This document shows positions 1-6,873 of a stretch of 7,386 nt of DNA, piece by piece; position 1 is the first letter of the stretch; each line of letters opens with the position of its first letter. Origin of the DNA: Selaginella moellendorffii (taxonomy: Eukaryota > Plantae > Lycopodiophyta); contig NW_003314666.1 in NCBI RefSeq assembly GCF_000143415.4, forward strand, positions 1 to 7,386, read 5' to 3'. Below the pieces are notes generated by a model. It made no database searches, had not been told where the DNA came from, and saw only the letters and a program-made list of their open reading frames with translations. Both the position numbers and the translations under genes were made by a program.

Positions 1-549
1 GCCCGAGGCACTCACCTGGTCAAACAATACTGCATACTTCTTGGCAGTGTGGTAGCATCACTAGAACTAGGATGGTATCAAAGAGATTATTTATCACCAA
101 AGAGACCGCTTCCATGTAGTACCTCCACAACACCCACGCCACTGGAATGCTTGATGGTGAAACTGACACTTCAGGTGGGAGAGAAAAGGTTTTTTGCGAT
201 CAGAGCTTGCCACTTTTAGGATTGACGCACACCTTCTACTTTCCACTTTAAGAAACAAGATAGAAGCATTACACCTTTGTCTTCCTCGCACCTAAACCAC
301 TTTTAAAATACTCTTTAGTTATTCAGGTGAATTTGTTGGTCAGTGACGCTCAAGATGGCTTTAGTTAAATAATTATGCAAGCGATCCAGCGCTTCTTCGG
401 TAACCAACAAGGCGTTGGAATCCTCGCCCCGACTTGGTCATAACCGAAAAACCCACTTACTAGTGCTTAGCTCTGAGTGGACGATGACGATGAAGGTGAT
501 ACTCCAAAAAGCTAATACTGGCAATATTCTTTAAAAATTGTATATTCTA

Positions 550-553
550 CCAT
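550..553. repeat. Target-site duplication CCAT (left)
   Basis: ccat|TGTGAG at 550-553; the same 4-mer follows the other LTR at 5557-5560. The 5-mers (accat, ccatc) do not match. Confidence 0.88.
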
Positions 554-721
554 TGTGAGTGCATGGAAAGGGAATACAGAAATGTGCATATTAATTAGCC
601 CAAAAACCCTAGTTTATATACAGGAGCGAGTGGTCCGGATTGAAACCAATCCAACAGCTACCAAAATCCCACTACGCTAATATTAGTATACGGCATCGTA
701 GCCGTACACTTGGCCCTCACA
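554..721 (-). repeat. 3' LTR of copy 1 (168 bp)
   Basis: tgtgagtgcatgg...ggccctcaca, next to the PPT; lacks 7 bp that are present in the other two LTRs. Confidence 0.96.
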
Positions 722-3700
722 TCATCCCCTCCTCTCGGAATAATGGAAGGCTGTCTGAGTTCTCTTGTAGATGGGCCGGGATCTGGAGGAACGTCAGGAG
801 GAAGCATCGGTGGATCTGTAGACGGTATTAACTGCTCCTGATCCCTTTGTATGAAGCGTTTTAACCGCTGCACATGCATAATCTCCGGAGGATCGACCTG
901 CTGAACGTCATGCCGAACCTCATAAACTTGTGGTCCAACTTGCCGCAACACCCGATATGGTCCTTTCCACTGCGCAAGGAGCCCCTTAGATAAACCACGT
1001 ACCGTAAGATGGGGAAAACGGACTAACACCAAATCATCCACTTTGTACTCTGCATGTGGACGATGATGGGAATTGTAGCACCGTTGTTGTCCCACTTGTA
1101 CACGGCCTAAGTGTTCAGCAGACTCTGATCGGACAAGTGGAAGAATGCTTGTCAAATATTGATCCCATGACTTAGCATCAAGAGCTCGTGGCAATCGCGA
1201 AGGTAAACCCAGCTCTATTGGTAATATTGGATCATGACCATATAGAAGTTTATATGGTGAAGCACCAATAGAACTCTGCACCCCTGTGACATAGGCATAC
1301 TGAAGAGACGGCAAATAACCATCCCAATCCGAATGCTGAAAGTTCACATACTTCGCAATCATCCCTTTGAATGTCCGAATGGGCCGTTCCACCAGACCGT
1401 CTGATTGTGGATGATAAGCACTCGTAAAAGTGTGGCGTATCCCCAACTGAGATGTCAAAACATGAAATACCTCAGCCATAAATGCAAGACCATTCTCTGA
1501 AAGAATCCGCTCTGGACAAGAATGCTGGAACACCACTCGATTGAGGAGGAAGTATCCAATAGCAGTTGTAGAGGCACTAGCAAGAGCACCAACTTCCACC
1601 CAACGAGTCAAGTAGTCAGAAGCAATAATAACATACTCATTGCCAGCAGTCGATCGTGGAAAAGGTCCCATAAGATCAAATGCCACCAACTCAAACGGAC
1701 GAGAAACTGCAATTGACTCCAACCGTCCTTCCTTAGCACAAGGGGGAGTATTACAAGCTTGGCATCAAACGCAGCTACGCACATACCGGATAATATCACG
1801 TCGCATCTCTGGTCAATAGAAAGATCTGCGCAGCTTCTCGGTGACACGATAGTGTCCCATATGCCCACCTAGAACAGGAGAATCATGGTAGGCATGGAGA
1901 AACCGCGGAATAAACACCGAAGGCACCACCAGCCGTAAATGATCATCAGGATCCGTCCCCACAAAATAAAGAAGGCCATCTTCAAGGAGATATTGAGAAT
2001 GTAAATGCCAGAAAGACAAGTCATCAGCAAGTGATGCAGGATTCTCAAACCCATCTCGAAGCCTTCGAATCCACGGCTCAATCTTTTGAGCCTCGCGAAC
2101 CTCATCAAGAGAAGGTAGATCTTGCTCTGCGCCCTGTGAACACTGAACGTCAAGGACAGCAACCGCCGACGGCATAGAATCCTCATCTAGAAAATCCACA
2201 GATGCTGGAACAATAGGTTCGTCAGAAACATGAGAAGTGAGTGGAGAAGGAAGAGGAGCTCGAGAAAGGGCATCAGCATCAGCCATAGAACTCCCTGGGC
2301 GATGAACAACATCGAAATCATATATCTGAAGCTTCAAAGCCCATCGAGCCGTACAACCAACCAGGTTCTTCCGCTTCAATAATGAAGTAACAGCAGCATG
2401 ATCACCTTCAAGTAACATCCGAGAACCATGTAGATATGCATGAAGTTTCTCGAAACCCCAAACTGTTGCTAAACACTCCTTCTCCGTTGTGGAGTAGTTC
2501 ATCTCCGCTGGTTGTAATGTATGGCTTATGTATGCAATGGGATGGCGCTGACCAGGCACACTCGAGCTCTCTTGCATCAACACACCTCCAAGATCAATGT
2601 CAGAAGCATCCATGCGCAAAATAAAAGGTCGAGTGTAGTCAGGATATGCCAAAATCGGAGGAGTCGTCAATAGCTCCTTGAGATTCACGAATGTCTGTTC
2701 ACAATCCAGAGACCAGATGAAAGATGATGTTAATGACTTCAGCAACGCTCGCAATGGTGTAGTGCGATTGGAAAGATGATTCACAAAACGACCGAGATAC
2801 TGCACCTTACCCAAAAAGCGCTGCACATCATTCACACACTTTGGAGTAGGGAACTTTAGAATAGCCACAAGTTTGTCAAGATCAACTTGCAAACCCTCAC
2901 GAGAAATACGGTACCCAAGATAAGTTGTGTCCTTGGACCCAAACACGCACTTTGACCGCTTCAGCTTTAAACCAACGTCGCGTAGCCGATCCAACACTTT
3001 ACAAACATCACGAACGTGCTCCTCCCACGTCCCCTTCGAGTGGATCAAGACATCATCAATGAAGTCAGCAGTCACCTCCGGCATATCGCAAAGAACCTCA
3101 TCCATCATCCGCTGGAAAGTTGCTGGAGCATTGTTCAAACCAAACGGCATCACCAAGAACTTGTACAAACCAAATAGTGTACGAAAAGCAGTCTTAGAAA
3201 TATCTTCTTCGGCCATCGATACTTGCCAGTACCCAGAAGCAAGATCTAGCTTGGTGAACCAATGACTTCGCCCCAGACGATCCAATAGATCAACAGTGTG
3301 AGGAAGAGGGTACATGTCTGGGATCATCACTTCATTTAACGGACGATAGTTGATGCAGAAACGAATACTCCCATCAAGCTTCGTCACAAGATGAGGTTCA
3401 AATGCCCAAGGACTTCGCGACTTCCGAATAACACCCTTCTCTAACATCTCCTTGACGTTTGCACGTAAAATCTTGATCTCTTTGGGTGACCGACGACGAA
3501 CAGGAACCTTGATTGGACGAGCATCCCCAGTTGGAATGGGATGACGTGTGGCAATCTTGGCCCCAGACGATAGGTCAAATTCAAAGAGATCAGAATACTC
3601 CTTCATGAGCTGGTCAATAGCTGCAACACAAAGATCATCGGAGGGATCGGAAAAGGGAAGAGCAAAACAAGATGGAAACACAAGAGGAAACAGTGGGGGA

Positions 3701-4218
3701 ACAAAAGTAATGGAAGCAGAGGTAGAAATAGAGGGACGAAGAGGTATGGAAGTGAGAGGAATGGATGAAACATAAGGAAGTATAAGACAAGGGGGAGAAG
3801 CCTCAAAGTCACACTTGGCATGATTGCGCTGCAACCAATCCATACCAAGAATGAGGTCAAAAGCTTGACTCGGCACCACCCGCAACGACTGCAACTCAAG
3901 CTCAAGATCGCCCACACACACAACCAGGTTCGCCTCATCTCGTGCACATGCATGTGTACGGCCGTTGCCATAAAGAATGAAAACTGGATCCACCGCACGA
4001 CGCAAGTGTAGATGACAACGTGTGGCAACAGATCGAGCAATAGAAGATAAACTCGAACCTGTATCAACCAACACGGAGAGAAGAATAGGAGACCTCTTGT
4101 TATAAAAACGAGCTTGGAAAGTAAACACTGGATGAACTGATGCCGAGTGAACCCCTTGATGATACTCCCGAAAGAAAGATGGAGGGGTCACTAACTTATT
4201 CGCGCAAGGTCCCTCCAT
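658..4218 (-). pseudogene. pol: pol polyprotein (aspartic protease, reverse transcriptase, RNase H, integrase) with two premature TGA codons
   Basis: ORFs 1813..4218 and 658..1722 share one frame; stops at 1813-1815 (FY*P) and 1765-1767 (SCV*CQ). PR: LVDTGS (DTG at 4057-4065) and ILGMDWL. RT: KLDLASGYWQ, MPFGLNNAPATFQ and FIDD (3052-3063). RH: DAS, TTEKE, DH, ADALSR. IN: HHCC, FDLMGP, SENG, GLVER and GPY. Confidence 0.96.
725..736 (-). promoter_or_regulatory. Polypurine tract of copy 1
   Basis: Minus strand GAGAGGAGGGGA, then TGA, then the TGTGAG start of the 3' LTR. Confidence 0.9.
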
Positions 4219-4242
4219 TACTCGCGTGACTCCTCGTTTCCC
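4179..4242 (-). promoter_or_regulatory. Predicted -1 programmed ribosomal frameshift signal (G_GGA_AAC plus H-type pseudoknot)
   Basis: Heptamer at 4242-4236 phased X_XXY_YYZ in the gag frame; pol is in the -1 frame and open from the heptamer; 6-nt spacer; two interleaved stems. Confidence 0.85.
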
Positions 4243-5150
4243 GAATACACCTCAGTATCCAGACCTTCCACCGCAGCAGCACCAATGGGACGTTGCTGAC
4301 GCCAAGGTCTCCACCCAGGAAATGGAGGTCGCCAATCCGGAAAACGCCGACAACGCCGATAAGTATGACCAACTTCATCACACGCCCAGCAACGAACATC
4401 ACGGCCACGACCACGTCCTCGCCCTTGTCCTTGGACTCGAGTACCAGCAGCATCAACCTCCATGGGAACAGGACCATCACTCATAGGAAGTGGAGCTGAA
4501 GGACGTGTAGCAAGAAGTGGAAGAGGCGACGTCTCATAACGTTGTGCCAAGCGAAGAGCATCGTCAAGAGTGGCAGGAGCAAGTGCATGCACATGGCCAA
4601 CAAGATCTTGACAAAGTGCTGGCCACAACATTCCTAACTTGATCTGCTCCGACATATTTGGCTCCGCACGAAGCAAAATACTTCGGAAACGAATGCCAAA
4701 TTGCATCACCGACTCAGATGGCCCTTGGCGAAGACGATGCAATTGTTGGAAGGCATCATCACAATCATCGGTGTGTCCGAAGGCGCGTTTGAAGACGTCC
4801 GGAAGAACACTCTAATCGCCACGAGTGGCTGCGCTCAATCCATTGTACCACTGCAATGCCGTCCCTTGGAGACATGTGGGGAACTCACGCAAACGCCGAG
4901 CATCATCCCAAGAATGATATGTGGCAATCACCGTGAAGTGATCGAACCAATGGTACACATCATCCCCAGGATTCCCACGAAAGAACTCTGGCCGAACGCG
5001 AGGATTGACACCAAGAGCAGGAGGAGTTGTACCATGTGCCGTGAACGCCGCCATCAACTGAGTTTGGTTGTTCAATTGCAAGCACATAGCATCAAGCAAT
5101 TGAACCAACTGCTGCTCTAGAGTCAAAGAAGGAGATTGCGGATCGGCCAT
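4218..5150 (-). pseudogene. gag: gag (about 310 aa; capsid-like domain plus CCHC zinc knuckle), interrupted by one premature TAG
   Basis: ORFs 4812..5222 and 4218..4742 are in the same frame, separated only by TAG at 4812-4814 (ATRGD*SVLPDVFKRAF, a position that is typically Trp). Likely start MADPQ at 5150. Motifs: PEFFRG, LQGTALQWY, LRQGPSESV, PVPMEVD, an RG-rich tract and C-WA-C-DEVG-H-TYRR-C. Confidence 0.92.
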
Positions 5151-5209
5151 GAAGATGAATGAAAAAGAAAGCAAAGGAAGAGAAATGACAAAAAGCTGGA
5201 AAGAAATAG

Positions 5210-5329
5210 TAGATCTAGACAATGCAAAAAGCTAGATCTAAACCAAAATCCTGAAAGGAAAGAATAGAAGAAAGGAAATGGAAAAAGCTAGATCTAAACA
5301 ATGCAAAAGCTAGATCTAAATCGAAATCC
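5210..5329. repeat. Duplicated leader module carrying four TAGATCTA palindromes
   Basis: TAGATCTA at 5210, 5233, 5289 and 5311; the unit tagatctaRacaatgcaaaa(a)gctagatctaaa..Raaatcc occurs twice, about 79 bp apart. Confidence 0.9.
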
Positions 5330-5364
5330 CAAATCCAAGCACTCCCCAGGGACAATCAAAGGTG

Positions 5365-5380
5365 CCCCTCACCTCCACCA
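5365..5380 (-). promoter_or_regulatory. Primer-binding site, probably for tRNA-Ala
   Basis: Minus strand reads LTR-CA, T, TGGTGGAGGTGAGGGG. TGG complements the tRNA CCA end; the plus-strand CACCTCCACCA resembles the ...CA(C/T)CTCCA-CCA 3' end of eukaryotic tRNA-Ala. The tRNA identity is inferred from recalled consensus. Confidence 0.8.
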
Positions 5381-5381
5381 A

Positions 5382-5556
5382 TGTGAGTGCATGGAATATG
5401 GAAAGGGAATACAAAAATGTGCATATCAATTAGCCCAAAAACCCTAGCTTATATACAAGAGCGAGTGGTCCGGATTGAAACCAATCCGACGGCTACCAAA
5501 ATCCCACTATGCTAATATTAGTATACGGCATCGTAGCCGTACACTTGGCCCTCACA
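5382..5556 (-). repeat. 5' LTR of copy 1 (175 bp)
   Basis: Begins TG and ends CA; terminal inverted repeat TGTGAG/CTCACA (8 of 9 if extended); lies next to the PBS; matches 554-721 apart from 7 substitutions and one 7-bp indel. Confidence 0.96.
5449..5455 (-). promoter_or_regulatory. Putative TATA box in the 5' LTR
   Basis: Minus strand TATATAA(G); the 3' LTR has TATATAAA at 613-620 and the third LTR also retains it. Position fits the U3/R boundary. Confidence 0.65.
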
Positions 5557-5560
5557 CCAT
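5557..5560. repeat. Target-site duplication CCAT (right)
   Basis: CTCACA|ccat, matching 550-553. Confidence 0.88.
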
Positions 5561-6365
5561 CTAATATATTCATTTTAGATTAATCTTGTGTTTATAAATT
5601 ATAAATCTGTTTATAATTTATAAACTTTCTTAAACAACTTCTAATATCTATGGCATTTGGTGGCAAGGAAGCTTTTCTTGAATCTTCCAAAGTAGTTTTA
5701 TTGAGGCCATCCTTGTATTGAGTGTCATTGTTCTTTTTCTTTTTTTTTTTAACTGTGGATTCTCTGATCAAGTCATTAAAGTGTCCAAGAGCAATATAAG
5801 AAGTAATCAAGAACCTTACCAAATATTCTATTTTCTTTCATAACAAGTGAGGTGCTATCTTTGTGTTTCCAGCACTTAGGGTGGCAGGGCAGATGCTGCA
5901 TTTAGATGAGAGGAACAAAACAGAATACAATCAAGATACATCAGAAAAAGAATGGACAATGGATAAGATTATTTCCATTATCTTTCCACAATCTCATTGT
6001 TCCTAGTGAAGCAAGAAAACATTGGTTCTCCAACTGAGAAAGAGAGTGGGAAAGTAACAAAAGGTGTCCAGTACCCTTTCAAAGTAAACGAAAGAGTCAA
6101 GATCAAGGTGAGACAGCTGTTTGTCAAAAATGCTATAATCTTTGCTATGTAGGGAAACAAATGAACTCCAGAGAAAAGTTTGTTTGTAACAAGGTGGATT
6201 CTTCCTTGCTTTTGCAGGTACTTAACTAGGACTTTGGACAGTAAACAAAAGTGTACCTTGCCACTACAAGAACAACATCACCACCACTATTACCATAACA
6301 CCTGTATTGAAGAATAGGCTCAACATTTTAGGATCCTTTCTCTCTGTAGCATTTTAAACTACAGC

Positions 6366-6407
6366 AATTTTGTTCACCTTAAATAGACTAAAATTTTGTT
6401 CACCTTA
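6366..6407. repeat. Short direct repeat, 2 x AATTTTGTTCACCTTA
   Basis: Identical 16-mers at 6366-6381 and 6392-6407 (period 26). Confidence 0.85.
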
Positions 6408-6698
6408 GCATATGTTTACAGTTTTTTCTAATTTATCTGGTTTTTGACTTGAATTCACAAGCATATTATAACTAAAATAGCTATTATTTGGCTAATAAAA
6501 TTGCATGCTGTGAAATTAATATTCACCATTCAAAGCATATTGGTTTTAACCATACTTTTAATTTATTAGATCTTGATAGAAAAACAGCATAACTAAAATG
6601 GTACCATTCAATTACATCATATCCTATGTATTCATAAGTTCCTTCTTTATATACTGTAAAGCTAGTTGTTCTTTTACTTAATATTGATTCTGTCATAT

Positions 6699-6873
6699 TG
6701 TGAGTGCTTGGAATATAAAAAGGGAATACAGAAAATGTGCATATCAATTAGCCCAAAAACCCTGTTTATATATAAAAGTGAGTGGTTTGGATTGAAATCA
6801 ATCCAATGGCTACCAAAATCCCACTACGCTAATATTAGTATACGGCATCGTAGCCATACATTTGGCCCTCACA
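6699..6873 (-). repeat. 3' LTR of copy 2 (175 bp)
   Basis: tgtgagtgcttgg...ggccctcaca, homologous to both copy 1 LTRs; preceded by ATAT (6695-6698), the predicted TSD. Confidence 0.95.

Larger units (their letters stand above)
554..5556 (-). mobile_element. Full-length, decayed Ty3/Gypsy LTR retrotransposon, non-chromovirus type (copy 1, 5003 bp)
   Basis: Direct repeats at 554-721 and 5382-5556, both TGTGAG...CTCACA; CCAT on both sides; PBS and PPT in the expected positions; gag plus pol in PR-RT-RNaseH-IN order, which is Gypsy-like rather than Copia-like. Confidence 0.97.

Noticed and set aside
1-549. Possible host exon or ORF 94..291 in the left flank
   Set aside because: Short frames on both strands, no recognisable domain and no consistent exon structure; needs a homology search.
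549-553. 5-bp TSD ACCAT
   Set aside because: It would require the right LTR to end one base early and lose the terminal CA and the TGTGAG/CTCACA symmetry; 4-bp CCAT is more parsimonious.
541-553. Quasi-palindromic empty target site (TATATT...CCAT...AATATA)
   Set aside because: Asymmetric spacing in AT-rich DNA; likely chance.
658-900. Chromodomain or env-like ORF after integrase
   Set aside because: The tail is short and Pro-rich with no aromatic-cage motif, and there is no space for an extra ORF before the LTR.
3052-3063. RT active-site motif FIDD rather than YxDD
   Set aside because: FIDD/FxDD is a common natural variant in Ty3/Gypsy reverse transcriptases.
640-5120. Plus-strand and alternate-frame ORFs overlapping gag and pol (e.g. 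4701..5120, 2927..3265, 3603..4067, 4226..4486, 640..831)
   Set aside because: Shadow ORFs of the retrotransposon coding strand, with no recognisable motifs and often non-ATG starts.
5151-5222. Hydrophobic N-terminal extension of gag resembling a signal peptide (MSRSTISFQLFVISLPLLSFSFIF)
   Set aside because: Starts at TTG and simply translates the T/C-rich leader repeat; the first ATG is at 5150.
5210-5318. CRISPR-like array or prokaryotic RT system (retron, DGR)
   Set aside because: Repeats are only 8-16 bp with duplicated spacers, and the RT lies within a typical eukaryotic LTR-element pol.
5731-5750. T-rich run as the poly(A) tail of a LINE, SINE or retrocopy
   Set aside because: No TSD, polyadenylation signal or recognisable element body.
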